From NCBI GenBank assembly GCA_052327205.1, contig CM126204.1, forward strand, positions 138,880,001-138,944,000: 64,000 nucleotides of DNA. Direction: 5' to 3'. A program made the translations under genes and the position numbers. This document shows positions 23,201 to 36,379 of this stretch, piece after piece. The notes beneath the pieces are model-generated. The model saw only the letters and a program-made list of their open reading frames with translations, did not search any database and had not been told where the DNA came from. The first letter of the stretch is position 1, and every line of letters starts with the position of its first letter. This DNA is from Somniosus microcephalus. Lineage: Eukaryota.

Positions 23201-24570
23201 TGCAAGGGGTTTTCAATCGCCGAGGTCTCTTTCTCTCTCTAGAGGCCTCGCTCTCTTGCACAGTAATACCCCGAGTGGTTCGACCCACTCACCCCTTAGG
23301 TTCTATACTCTGGACTTTGAGGCAGGAACTGCAATGCAGAGAATACTCTATAGGCCAAGTTTAATGAAACGAAATGAAATTTTATTGCATGGAGGAAAAA
23401 TTGAATATCAGCCAATAAGGTCATTGGGAGGGAAAAACAGGTCATTATACGGTACTAACCAACATATCTACAGGCATATTATGTTTTACAAGGTTCATCC
23501 TGAAATAGGGAAACACATGGCACATTCATTGTTAAATTGTACCCAAAATGCCCACCCCCTAAGCCTAGCTAGATTAGATTACGAGGGGCCAGAAACATGC
23601 TCACCAATCCCAGTTAGAAACATAGAGGTTTTGAAGTCTGCGTTTTGATCCTCTCAGGCGTCCTGTCTCCACGTGGTCAGTGGACTGTAGGCGCAGCGGG
23701 CTGCCCAGGCTGATGGCATCTCGGCCACCTTAAGTCAGCAGGACTCGCCGTCCATCGTTTCACCCACCGGCTGTCTTCTCGGTGCTCCTGCAGATGACGA
23801 TGGTGGTCACAGCCTCGATTTTTCCGTGCTCCTGCGCTCAACGCTGGCTACCCGATCGGTAGGGCGTTTCGTCTCCTCTCTTCTTCTCGTCAACGGCCCG
23901 GGGTTTTTGTCGATGATCTCCCGATGACTACCCCGGGTCTCGTCTTCTTCTTCTTCGAACCACCTTCTCCGATGTCAAGCCTTCCCAAGGCTAAGCGTAC
24001 CGAACGCTGCAAACGCTGCAAAAGCTCCCAAAAAGCTAAAAGCTGCAAAAAAAACCTACCGATGGCTACCCCGGGACTCCAGTTATACTTTTCCATGGAG
24101 GCCCTTATCTCCCGCCAAATCAAGGTTAGTCTTTGTTTAACTTTTGGCGGGCTTGTAGCACAGCGGGGTAGTCTTTGTTTTTAAAGTATCTTCGGGATGG
24201 CCGGTAACTGCCATCGCTGGTCTGGAATGACCCTGTATTGTCTTTAATGTCCTTCTTCGAACTTGAATCTGTTCCCCTTTGTCTGGGTAAACATTTAGAT
24301 GGCCTTTATCTACAGGCCGATCTGATCAGATCTGCATCCAATCTATATGTATGGGGCTCTGTCTGGTTTCGTTTTCCCTAAAACTGCCTTCCAGAACCTA
24401 CTGTGGGCTGAATCCACAAAAGCTGTCTGGGGACTGCAGGAACCATTTTAAAGTGTCCCAAAAGCTGGTCACAGGGTCTGGTGGCCATTTTGTGTGTCCC
24501 TTTTTCTGGGCTTCTTTTAAAACAGTCTTTAAAATTAAGGCCTTTTCTGCCAATAGACCCTTATAGGACA
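23201..24570 (-). mobile_element. Probable solo LTR (ERV/LTR retrotransposon), ~1.37 kb
   Basis: TG...CA termini, CpG-rich compared with the flanks, TATA-like motif (~24083) and AATAAA (23381-23386) in U3-R-U5 order on the - strand; AATG repeated at both junctions. Confidence 0.55.
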
Positions 24571-24989
24571 ATGTTCAATTTTGCGAATTCTACACAAAGT
24601 GGGAAAAATTCTTTGTGTTACATTTATCCCATGGTGTTTCCCCCATATTAGGGGAATCAGTGATCTGACTGTTATGTGTAGCGACATAATAACTGCATTA
24701 AAAAATAATATATGTCAATTTTGCTACCCAGTGACCAGAGCAATTCCCCAACTATTTTTAAATGTAGTTTTTTTGTCTGTAACTGTCCCATTACCGTAGG
24801 CAATATTACAATGTTCAATTCAAAAAACAGTCCACTTCTACAGAGGCATCCACGCTCCATTTCAGAAATGAAATTACAGTACCTCACTGTTAATACTATC
24901 ATTTGGAACTGAATGCCATGTGGGTTAGACACTAGCCTTTCAGCCCTGAGTGACGGGATGAAAGTCTCCTTGTCTACTGGCTGTCCTAG

Positions 24990-25075
24990 AAAGAAAGAAC
25001 TTGCATGTATATCGCGCTTCTCACAACCTCAGGATGTCCCAAAGCGCTTTACAGCCAATGAAGTGTGAAATGTAC
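24990..25075 (-). mobile_element. DeuSINE 3' tail fragment
   Basis: AAAGAACTTGCAT...GGATGTCCCAAAGCGCTTTACAGCCAATGAAG. Confidence 0.75.
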
Positions 25076-25729
25076 TTGGACAGTCTTAATCCAGATCCTA
25101 GTGGGAATAGTCTCATAGCCATACTGGTGCAGTGGGGGTGGGGGGGGGGGGGGTGCGCTTCTGAGTTGGGACTGAGGCACATTGTTGGAATAGAGCAGAG
25201 GGAGCTATACTCTGCAGGTAGCTGTATGATACCTGACCTGGGGTGTTTGATGCTGTTACTTCCCTTTGATAATACAAGACGTTCCTTTCCCCAGCACTAA
25301 CATCCCTCACTTTGCTGAGCACAAAACAAGGAAAAGAAATGTCATTTTATATAAAAACTATTTCAGTTCTGCAGTAATACTAGTTGCATAGCAAAAGTAA
25401 TACTTCATCTAAAGAGAGAAAAATTTGTAACTTTAATATATTCATCTCTAAAGACATATTGAAAACGGTTCTTTGAAGCCAAAATTTAAACATAAATGTT
25501 ACTGTTAAGTGTGCAAGGCAACCTTTTGGGTTCCCAACTACCCAAGATGCAAATACAGAAGATTGTAAATTGTGCAGGTTTCTCATCTCAACATTGACAA
25601 GCATCCTTTTCACCGCAATGTCCACTCTACTGACTGTGGACCAAAAACATATGAACAGAAGAAATGTCAAGGACAATAAAAAGCCATTAGGCCTATTGAA
25701 ACTCATCTCTCTACTACCAAACTTTTAGG

Positions 25730-25980
25730 TGCACCCCGAATTTAATCGCTCCAACATTGGCGGCCATGGCTTCAGCTGCCTAGGCCTTAAGCTCTGGAAT
25801 TACCTCCCTAAACCTCTCCGCCTCTGTACCACTCTCTCCTCCTTTAAGTTTCTCCTTAAAAGCTACCCCATGACAAAGTTCCCCTGTCCTAATATCTCCT
25901 TATTGAAAATGTTCCTGTCATGCATTTTGATGTTTTACTACATTAAAGGTGCTACATAAATGCAAGTAGTTGTGGTTGTT
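25730..25980 (+). mobile_element. L2 3' end
   Basis: GGHGFSCLGLKLWNYLP...FKFLLKSY; tail ATAAATGCAAGT..GTTG. Confidence 0.75.
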
Positions 25981-28900
25981 ATTGTTGTGTATCCACTAGG
26001 GAGGATGACATGTGTTACCCCTTCCCCCACAAAAAGAAAATTGTTGTTTGTTATCGATATCACCCCCCCACCCCCACCCTCAAGTCGCAGAATTAACACT
26101 GTTGCCTCCCTGCCTAAATCTTTAACACTAAGTTAACACTCTTGAGCGCTAAGTCTCCAAAGTGCAGAAAAGATTGCGTCTTACCAGGGTCTTATATGTG
26201 TGACAATGCTACTTTAGACCATAGCATTCTTCCAAAAGAAAATGCCCATTAGACACTGGAGCCAAATATTTAAACCTCCTTAATTGTTTAGGCCAGAGAA
26301 TAGTTAGTTTGTGAAAAAGATTCTGAATAAACAAGAATGATTGCCACTTACCTCAATACATGATGTGCAGACATGCAACCAGTGTGTCAATAATAAAATG
26401 GCACAAAGTTGCCCCAGAACCGTTCTATGTTTTGTGGGAGAAGGTGGTAGGGTGGTGAGGGGGAGGGGGGGTGGCGCAGTGGGGGGATGGGAGGTGTGGG
26501 GGAGGAGAGAGTTTGAAGTTTCCAAATTGGGAGATATGAATGCTGTGGAATGGTACAATATTCTACCTGTATCCAATCACATCATCAAACACTTTCAAGA
26601 TAGTTAAAGCAGTGGTTAGATGCAGATTCCTTGTCAATACTGCAAACATGTCCCTTAATCCCAGTTTCAGTTGAATAACCCTTACGGGACCTGTGTGACA
26701 TTTTTTTCCCACACCAGCCATCTTTATGTGGCATCTCTGAGAGAAGCATGTAATTAGGTCTAAATTATGGGCAATTACATGTTATGAACTCACACCCACT
26801 TCAAACTGGTTTGAGACTACACAAACACTTTTGTGTATTTAAAAACCTTACAGCCTTCATAGAGAACAGACTTTCATCCCATCTGCTGAACTGGATTGAA
26901 CAATATATATTTACCAACCTGTTCTACACAGAGGGGAGGCAAAATACTAAATTTGCTCCCAGTTTGCACATGATTTTGCTCTTAGGTGCAATTTCACACA
27001 GAAATGATAAAAGGGCAGGCTGGCAGAACTTAACATTAGTGTGGTCACAGCATGGGGACAGGTGCCTACTAGCGGAAAAAGAAGGGACAGCTGGATGAGA
27101 CAGTCATACGTGGCGTCTAAGGCACATCTTGGCAGCAAGCTGCAGGGAGTATTGGACACCCGCCTGGGCACATGCCCTCTGAGCTGTAGGCATGAGACAG
27201 GGCATGAAAAAAATATAGAAATGGGGAAACTTATCCAAAAGACCCCCATAAAGATACTTTAAAAAGTTGCAAACATTCCCCCCATTGTGTATATATGTCA
27301 TTGGTTTTCACATTGATAAGTCTTGGTATCCAAAAGTCCTTAGTAGTTATTATTATGCATGGTGTATAGTACTTCCAATTATTTTGTGTTTCTATCCTAT
27401 CTGTACCTTTCCCTCAGTCTATGAAGGGCAAAATGCTGATATATGTGCAAACAATAAATACATCTGATGCCATTGATATGTGAAAGTGCATACTGTGTAT
27501 AGATCTATTATCCTTATCATTGTATTTGTACTGAATAATGGTAAGACTAACAACATTTGCTCTCTTGCCAGTGCTCCTTCTTGCTTATCTAGCCCAGCAG
27601 TTTTAGATGAAAATAAACAATGTATTTTCCCCATCCGTCTCACAGCAGACAGGGTTCCTGATACAGCCTGCCCTTTGTCTAGGAATGTGACGGCCACTGC
27701 CTATTGACCAGTCTGCTACACACACCCACACAGGATCCTATAGATATGGAGATACAAACTTTCACTGCCCTCATCATTCAACTTTCAGTCGCCTTTGCAC
27801 TGCACACAAAGACATGCACAAAAGCTTTTTTCATCCTTTGCCCCTCTAATAACAGTACAATAGCGATGCTCCCCTGTATTATACTGGGTACAGTGGAATA
27901 AAGATGGCTCAGATTTATATTGCAGCAGCAATTGAAACAAAGGCTGGATTTGATTATTGCAACAGCTTTCTATGATTCTATTGAATAACAACATCATTCG
28001 AGATGAGATTTTAGAAGCATTAATGTCTGAGGATTTTAACAGATCTGATGACCCTCGTGAATTAAGTGCATCGGTAGAAACTCGACAGGTAGTGCCTGTG
28101 GAAGTTTCTCACTAAAAAAAAACACCCCCATGGCAATACAGTAGTATATTGTTCATGGCTCTGTTGAATCATTCGTGTCTGTCATATTTTGCACTGGCTG
28201 AAAATTGTGCACTAAAATTCAGTGTTAATTTTATTTTCTGAATATTATTAGGAAAGTCAAATACAATCATGTCCTGAGCTGAAAGAAACTACGTCAATTT
28301 ATAAAATCAATCCATCCCAATTGCAAATCCAAGAAGCAACAGATGATAACTTTCCCAAATCATTTTTATTAACACTGCAAACTTCGGTGCGAGATAACAT
28401 GTAAAGTTTGCTTTGTCGCATTATTAAAACTTGTCTTCTTGTCTGTGAGGTACTCAGCCTGTAAAAGCATTGAGTTATCTTCACCCCGTTTGACAGGTAC
28501 CCTCTGTCAACAGTTCCATTCTTCCTATTTATTGTTGTTTGTTGTTTTGTGTTTGCATCATTTGCAAAGTTTACTTTGATCAAGTCTTCGTTTACATCAC
28601 AGCTTATTGAATTACATAGCTTCCGAAAAGCCACCCGTTTGGAAATGTTTTTGCATTTTCTGGAGAGAAACTCTGGATTTAAGAAATGATCCAGCCAGCT
28701 TGCGCCCGCGACAAGTCTTTTAAATGCTAAGACTAGTCAAGCAATAATAAGATTGACTTTCTCCAACTTTGGATTCAAAGCTCTCATTAATTCCCTTCTG
28801 TCACTACATACAAATGTCAAACAATTATTAGAGCAACACTTTCACTTGGCTTATCTCTCTTTCACTCCCTCTCTATAAAGTTCATGGCTTTCAATGGCAA

Positions 28901-29339
28901 ATGAGGGGCAAATGGAGCATTGCAGCTGTTCCAATTTGAGGGAGGGAAAGAAAAGTTATTGTTCTGGGCGGGTTGCATACATATTGATTGGAACGATTTT
29001 CTTCTCTTTTGATTCTATTCAAATTCACATTTACAACATTTAAGATTGAGCTGGGAGAATGGGTGAGGACACATGGCTTTGCCTGCTGCATCCTCCTGAG
29101 GTAATCTGGGCTCTTCCCACTCAAGAGCTCAGCAGTCCACACGTGCATTCACTGAGTGATCACAGAGAGGGGGAGGGGAGAGGAGAGGAGCTGCAAAGCA
29201 AAGCATACATTGTCACCCACAGGTATCATAGACTGTATGTTTCATGTAACTTAATGTGTTGCTCCATAAGGTATTGCTACCTGCTAGCCAAGAACTTGCG
29301 AGAGGTAAATCAACAACACCAATGCCTCAATAATGGCCA

Positions 29340-29422
29340 CAGAGGCTGCCTGACCTGCTGAGTGTTTCCAGCATTTTCTGTTTTTATTTTGGATATCCAG
29401 CATCCGCAGTATTTTGATTTTG
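29340..29422 (+). repeat. Short fragment of a common shark interspersed repeat
   Basis: GCTGCCTGACCTGCTGAGTGTTTCCAGCATTTTCTG...CCAGCATCCGCAG; related pieces near 45960 and 60040-60110. Confidence 0.5.
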
Positions 29423-29526
29423 CCTCAATAAATCACTTGTTCAATTGTCCCACTGTTTGAGAATTTCGGCCTAGATTTTTTAAATTGTTCTATTGGGAAG
29501 CAAAATGTTTGATGATGCCACCTTTT

Positions 29527-29986
29527 AAAGAAAGACTTGCATTTCTATAGCGCCTTTTACAACCTCAGGATGTCCCAAACTGCTTTACAGCCAATGAAGT
29601 ACTTTTGATGTGTAGTCACTGTTGTAATGTAAGAAACATGGCAGCCAATTTGTGCACAGCAAGCTCCCACAAACAGCAATGTGATAATGACCAGATAATC
29701 GATTTAGTGATGTTGATTGAGGGATAAATATCAGCCAGGACACTAGGGATAACTGCCCTGCTCTTCTTCTAAATAGTGCCGTGGGATCTTTTACATTCAC
29801 CTGAGAGAGTAGATGGGGCTTCGGTTTAATATCTCATCTGAAAGACAGCACCTCCGACAGTGCAGCACTCCCTCAGTACTGCACTGGCGTGTCAGCCTAG
29901 ATTTTTATGCTCAAGTGTCTGGAGTGGGACTTGAACCCACAACCTTCTGGCTCAGAAGGCAAGAATGCTGCCCACTGAGCCACGGC
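29527..29986 (-). mobile_element. Full-length Deu-domain tRNA SINE (SacSINE1-like)
   Basis: tRNA-like head (GCCGTGGCTCAGTGG...GGTTCAAGTCCC), Deu core GTGCTGCACTGTCGGAGGTG...GAGAT.TTAAACCGA and an L2-like tail. Confidence 0.88.
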
Positions 29987-30720
29987 TTTATATTGTGTTG
30001 GGTTATTGTAATAGAAAACAGAGCACATTGTAAAAAAGCCATTTCACCTTGATATCACCAGAACTACTTTGCAATCAATGTGTCATTTAGTTGCCATTTA
30101 GAATTTAAATTTAACATATTAATTTCATTATTTGTCAAATCTGTTTGTACAGAAATTGAGTCAGATTGCTGTAAAATTATATAATGAAACTTTCAATTCA
30201 AAGTGAGATTGTTGAAGAAAGGCAGAATAAAGATAATACATATATGTGTACTGGGGGGGGGGGGCGGCAAAGGAGGGAGCGCAGGGGTTACTATAGGTAG
30301 ATACAGAGAATGCATTGTGAAAATACAATCTGCATTTCACCAGTAGGCTAAACTTACTAATTCACCTTCTATGAGTTATCCTGAGGGCACTATGGTTAGA
30401 CCCACCAATAGTATATTAATCATATCCTGCAACTCTTCATATATCCTTCACAATCTACTTATTCTTACACACACATATTTACATGCACATATATACAAAC
30501 TTACATGTAAACTATAACTGAAAGGGTGGGCAAAAAGCATTGTGCACTAATAAACTTAAAATATCAATTCTAATTATGCTTATAAAATTGAACATTTGTA
30601 TAATTTACCTCCTTCTTGGGAAGCCTTATAAGTTATGTATTCTTAATCACCTTTTAAATGACTTCTGAATTTTTATAGTGTTTTAGTATACTGGGTTGAA
30701 TAAATATTCAATGTATTCCT

Positions 30721-31186
30721 GCCATGGCTCAGTTGGTAGCACGCTTGCCTCTGAATCAGAAGGTTGTGGGTTCAAAGTCCCACTCCAGGAACTTGAGCAC
30801 ATCAAATCTAAGCTGACACTCCAGTGCAGTGCTGAGGGAGTGCTGCACTGTCGGGGGTGCCATCTTTTGGATGAGATGTTAAACCGAGGCCACATCTGCT
30901 CACTCAGGTGGGCGTAAAAGATCCCATGGCACTATTTCGAAGAAGAGCAGGGGAGTTATCCTCGGTGTCCTGGCCAATATTTCTCCCTCAACCAACATAA
31001 CAAAAACAGATTATCTGGCTATTTTCACATTGCTGTTTGTGGGAGCGTGCTGTGTGCAAATTGGCTGCCGTGTTTCCCACAGTACAACAGTGACTCCACT
31101 TCAAAAGTACTTCATTGGCTGTAAAGTGCTTTAAGATGTCCGGTGGTTGTGAAAGGTGCTATATAAATGCAAGTCTTTCTTTCTTT
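30721..31186 (+). mobile_element. Full-length Deu-domain tRNA SINE (SacSINE1-like)
   Basis: Same head, core and tail structure; ends in (CTTT)n. Confidence 0.9.
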
Positions 31187-32049
31187 GAAAGCATAATTAA
31201 CTTCAGAAAGAGAAAACTAAAGGTTTAATTAGTACTTAAGGGAATTTGTCTGGGTTCACACAAATAACTAAAACTATTCTACTGAATTCCAGTTAATTAG
31301 TGCCTTTTGTAAGACAGTTATACTACACAGTTTGTGTTGTTGTGAAGTGATTTTGGTATTGCATCAATATAAAATATGTGGTCTAATTCTGGTCATAAAT
31401 GTTATCTAAGCCAAAATCAGGCAAGTGGTATGAGACTATCTAAATAAGGTAGATTCACATTGTTTTGATATATACAGTATGGAAGCAACAAATGGAAAGC
31501 AAACTTTGAAAAGTTCCCATGTATCGAAATAGCAAACTAGAAGCTTTTTTACAGTTCATTTTTCACCTTTCTAATGTCAGGAGAGAGCCAATGATCCCTT
31601 TGGCTCTTTGCTAACCTGAAAATTGAATTGAGATTAGGATGCTGGTGAGTACAACTCTGTGCCCCGATCTATGCAGGTATCCACAGAACTCTGGCCAAAG
31701 ACCAAAGCTGAGACAGCAACATAACACTGGACTGCCAACTTTCATCACTCTAAGCAGGTATCACTCTCAAACCAGAACTTGTAGTATAACAGAATCCTGA
31801 ATTGCATTATTTTATGATGCTTGCTTGAGTTGCAAATATTCATTCATATCTTGTGCTATAATGTGCAGCGTGGCTACTACAGTATTATTAACGGTACAAA
31901 CTTTCCTAGCTTACATGTACAAAGTGGCCTCTGCAGTTTCCTCTCACATATTTTTCCCCACAGTAGCTGGGAGTTATCAATATATTATGCTGCATATTTT
32001 ATTAGAATATTATGTATAACAATGTAATGTAAATTCTGTTTACATTCCC

Positions 32050-32410
32050 CCCAATTTTCAGCCCATCCTCTCTGGGATAGTAGTGAGTCATGGTGGAGTA
32101 CAGTTTCACACGTCACCTTGTTGAAGTGGTGTGAACTTAGGTATTGAGTGTCAATAGGCTATTCCCATGAAAGGCATCACAACCAAGTCCGGTCCTGTTT
32201 TCACTTGATGTCACTGCATGATTATCATGAGTGGAAACACTGGCTGATTTTTTTTCACTCTCTGGTCCCAGGACATTGAAGCCAATTTAAATTCCCCCAT
32301 CGTTTCCTGTCAGTGTTGAGATCAATTAACTCAGGATCGAACCTGTGACCTTTTTGTTCTAATTGCCTCATGCTACCACACCATGTGGTGCATTTACCTG
32401 CTGGGCCATC
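32050..32410 (-). mobile_element. Older tRNA-derived SINE, second family
   Basis: Head GATGGCCCAGCAGGTAAA...GGTTCGATCCTGAG; similar to copies at 47340-47732 and 60583-60960. Confidence 0.5.
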
Positions 32411-32600
32411 AGGGCAGCTACAAAATACATTGTTTAAGCTCATTCGTGAGAAACCTAAAATATTAGGTATTGAGTGAGTGAAGAAATACAAGTGGAAATA
32501 AAAATCATACTTTCACAATGACTATCTCAGATCTGAAAATATTTGTCTTAGTTCACTGATTATGATCTTTATATGATGTGCTTCAAATAGATTTTGTATA

Positions 32601-33022
32601 CAGAAAGTGATGGGTTCAAGTCCCACTCCAGGGACTTGAGCACAAAAATCTAGGCTTACACTCCCAGTGGAGTACTGAGGGAGTGCTGCACTGTCAGAGG
32701 CGCCGTATTTCAGATGAGATGTTAAACCGAGGCCCCGTCTGCTCTCTCAGGTAGACGTGAAAGATCGCAGGACATTATTTTAAAGAGTAGGGGAGTTATC
32801 CCCGGTGTCTTGGCCAATATTTATCCCTCAATCAACATCATTAAAACAAATTATCTGGTCATTATCACATTACTGTTTGTGGGAGCTTGCTGTGTGCAAT
32901 TGGCTGCCGTGTTTCCTACATTACAACAATGATTACACTTCAAAAGTAATTCATTGGCTGTAAAACACTTTGGAATGTACGGTGGTCATGAAAGGCACTG
33001 TATAAATGCAAGTCTTTCTTTC
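32601..33022 (+). mobile_element. Deu-domain tRNA SINE, slightly 5'-truncated
   Basis: B-box GGTTCAAGTCCC, Deu core and tail. Confidence 0.88.
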
Positions 33023-33114
33023 TACAGATTTATATTTTTGGTATCAAAAATGTGGAAATATACAAAAAAAAGGATCCACACATACACACTAATGGTATGA
33101 AGTACATAAAATAT

Positions 33115-33668
33115 AGCCCCGATGTTAACCAGGAGTGGGAATCAGGCAGGCGTGGGTGATTTTAACTCCCAGGCTTCATCTGCATTGTGCCAGAAAGTTG
33201 CCCACCTGAAGCCGGCAGCTGGCTGACGGGCAGAAGCGGAGTTTCAGGCTGCAGGAGACCAGCACCAAAAGAACAGTCACTGGCAACGAGGTAAGTCGCG
33301 GGGAGTGGGGTTTCAGGAGGCTCTCACAGGTGGAAGGGGAGGAGCTTGGCTCTTCCAGGACCCACAAGAAATGTTTTGAAAAAGTACCTGTCTGGGCCTC
33401 TCCTGATCCTGTTCCCGCTGGTGGAAGAGCCACAACAGCTTTCCCCGCTCGGGCCACAGTTGAAATTGCAGTTGGGGCCCGATGATGTCCAATTTAAAGA
33501 AGGACCCCGCCAGCTTCATGCGGGCATCCTTACCACCTGTTCAGAAAAGCATGGTTAAAATTGAAGATGGTGGGATCGGTGCAGGACATCGGCTGGTAAG
33601 TTAACTGACTAATTGTAACTGCCCGCTTGCCCAGTTTACGCTGGGTAGGTAGGTTTAAAATCGCCCCT
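33115..33668. mobile_element. Degenerate Harbinger-type MITE
   Basis: Imperfect TIRs (AGCCCCGATGTTAACC / GGTTTAAAATCGCCCCT), TA-rich flanks, GC-rich interior. Confidence 0.55.
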
Positions 33669-33739
33669 TATATACTAAATATACTTATATATTCTTGCAT
33701 ACAATACAAATTCTTATTACATTACAACATCTTTCATTT

Positions 33740-34520
33740 AAGTGGTGCATTATTCTATCGTAATGTCCCAATACATGCCACAAAGCAAGGGGGTGTTGGA
33801 TATCGAGCAGGAGTTGGGGGACGATAGAAGATGAGCTCAAAGAGGTAGGTTTTGAGAAGGTTTTTGAGGACGGGTTTGGGAAGGGAGTTCCAGAGTACAG
33901 GGTATGATGGTTCAGCCACTGATGGTGCAGTGGAGGGAGGCAAATTGGAAGAGCAGTGGGTGAAAAGTGGGGTGTAGGGCTGGAGGATGTTACGGAGTTA
34001 GGGTGAAGCAAGGCCATGGAGAAATTTGATGATTATGATGAAAATTTTGAAATCAGGGCTGGAGACCGAGTGGTGGGTGGAGGTGATAGGTGAGCAGGAA
34101 TTAGTACAGGATCAGATATGGGTGGCGGAATTCTCAGTTGAATTGGAGTTTGTGTAGGGTGGACTTGGGGAGGCCAGCCAAGAAAGTATGGGAGAGGTAT
34201 ACCTGAGAGTGACAACCACGGATGAGCATTTCAGCAGCAGTGGGATTGACATAGACACGGGGGTGGCTGATGTTGGAGAAGTGAAATAGGCACTTTTGGT
34301 GATAGAGTTCAGCAACAGTGGAGTTGAAGCTCACCTCTGGGTCAAACAGGACGTGAAGATTACTCACCTGGGAAGGGGTACAGAATTGGGCCAAACAGAA
34401 AGGCTTTGGTCTCATTCACCTATGACTTAATGTCAGACTGTCAATTAGATGACACAGTGGCAGTCATGGAGCTGAGTATGGTAGCACAAGGTAAAGCTGG
34501 TGTCATCAGCATATGTATGG
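33740..34520 (-). mobile_element. L2 LINE fragment
   Basis: YADD remnant near 34505; 'LWNSLPKP...KNLLKTYLF'. Confidence 0.75.
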
Positions 34521-34744
34521 AATGTGTACCTAAACTTACATTTTTTATCATTAAAAATCTGGTATTTCTATACTAGCATTTATCTGATACTGCATACTAC
34601 CTCATCTCCTAGCTAATTTTCAAACTTCAGTCCATAACAGTTTAACCAGAATATTGTACCACCACAATGATAGCCAGCAGGTGAAGTGTTCAAGCTTCAC
34701 TGTAATGAAACAACTTACATAGCTGTCCTCATGTAGAAAACATC

Positions 34745-35445
34745 TTAGAGGGCTTTTGAAAGGGGACACTGAGCAGCAAGTGAAGGAACTTCAGGAATGC
34801 GAGCATGGCCAAGAAATACATTTCTCAGGGTCGTAATGTAGGAAATGTGGCAGCCAAATGATGGCCACTTTGGCCAGGCCCAGGAGCAGTCCCACGAGGA
34901 GGTCACCTGACCTGGCTGCTCCCCTCCGCACTGGGTGACCAAAGATCAGGAGCGTGGGACTGAAGTGCAACCAAAAATCAAGGAGCAGCCCCTTCAAATA
35001 GTGGAAGAGGGGCTGCAACCTCTCACACTCTGCATAGATGTGGAATACGGACTCCTCCAGGACGCAGAAAAGGCAGGCAGCCTGGGAGTCTGTGACCCGA
35101 CTTAATAATTTATTGGACGGGACTGCTCCGTGCAACACCCTCCAGGTCAAGTCCCCAATAGATAAAGGGAGGACTCCCGCATAGAGAGCCCTCCATTGGG
35201 GACCCCTGCCTCCTCCGGACGGCAAGATGGTGCGCCAAGGCATGTCCGGACAGCAGACGAGGATGGCAAAATGGAAGGTGTGCAAGAGCAGCCCATACAG
35301 GAAACCCCTCCGCGCAGAATGAAAAGGCATGGAGGGGATTTCCCGGAGACGGCTCAAGTTGTGAGGTGCCGGCTCCTGAGAGGGGTTTCGGGTCCGGGCG
35401 CAGGAATGTTGATGAAGTCAGAGCCATACGAGTCCTTTGCAAACT
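34745..35445 (-). mobile_element. Tx1/L1-clade LINE ORF2 C-terminal fragment (zf-RVT region)
   Basis: GDLTWRVLHGAVPSNKLL...CLFC..EESVFHIYAECERLQPLF...LAKVAI. Confidence 0.85.
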
Positions 35446-35740
35446 AAATAGGCTGGGTTCAGTTCTGCTGATATTGAGCTGGAGGAACTCTCAATTCATC
35501 CATGACCAGCAGTTAGAGAATATAGCAACAACTCAATGGTGGTGGCGGAGAGGTAGAGTTGCACATCATCATTATATATGTGGGAGCTGCTCCTGTGTTT
35601 GTGGATGATGTCACTCAGGAGCAGGTGGCATCTAGATGATGAACAGGAAGGGAACAAACATGGAGCCCTGGGGCACACTGGAGGTGACCATGCAGGCAGA
35701 GGAAGAGAAGCCTTGAGGAAATGTCGCAACTGTATTGGGA
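35446..35740 (-). mobile_element. L2 RT fragment
   Basis: Degenerate PQGS and HIYNDDVQLYLS (YADD-type) motifs. Confidence 0.6.
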
Positions 35741-35835
35741 CAGGAAGTAGTGGTTATGTTTTGAGATATTATCTTAACCAATTTGAGGAGTTACTGTCCT
35801 GTAATCACTTCAAGCTATCACTCATGCTCTCTATA

Positions 35836-35962
35836 TTTAAAAAAAGCACCTTTCACGACCACAGGACATCCCAAAGTGCTTTACAGCCAATGAAGTACTT
35901 TTGAAGTGTAGTCACTGTTGTAATGTAGGAAACGTGGCAGCCAATTTGCACACAAGCTCCCA
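35836..35962 (-). mobile_element. DeuSINE 3' fragment
   Basis: Matches the SINE tail consensus seen elsewhere in the window. Confidence 0.75.
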
Positions 35963-36379
35963 CGATTAACTAGTTTATTTTCTAGCAATCTACTACTGAA
36001 AAAACTCAATATATCTACAGATGCCTCATTACTGTTAGCTTTACAACACTCTCGCACGTTATGTTGCATCTACAGTGTAATAGAAAATCTCTTTAAATAA
36101 AACTTCAATTTAAACTACATATTAAAAAATAACTGAGTCAAGTCAGTAAGTCAATGGCAGAAGTCTACTGATGTTCATAAGGTACTTGAGCATCTGAGCA
36201 GGACTGATTTCCAACCTTACAATTTGCAAACTGAAAATATTTATATTTTTAACAAGATACGCTGATATTATGCAATTAATCTGAAATCAACTATATTACT
36301 TCAACATTTCAGAGTGATGCAGAAAAGATTCATTAATCAAGATTTAAATTGGCAGTTCCCTTGTAAATCATGACTTTGA

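Noticed and set aside
23175-23648. 157-aa ORF
   Set aside because: Lies in the LTR-like element, has no recognisable domain and crosses the element boundary.
30721-30790. tRNA-like sequences (also near 6320-6388, 29915-29986, 55025)
   Set aside because: They are SINE heads continuing into the Deu core and LINE-like tail, not stand-alone tRNA genes.
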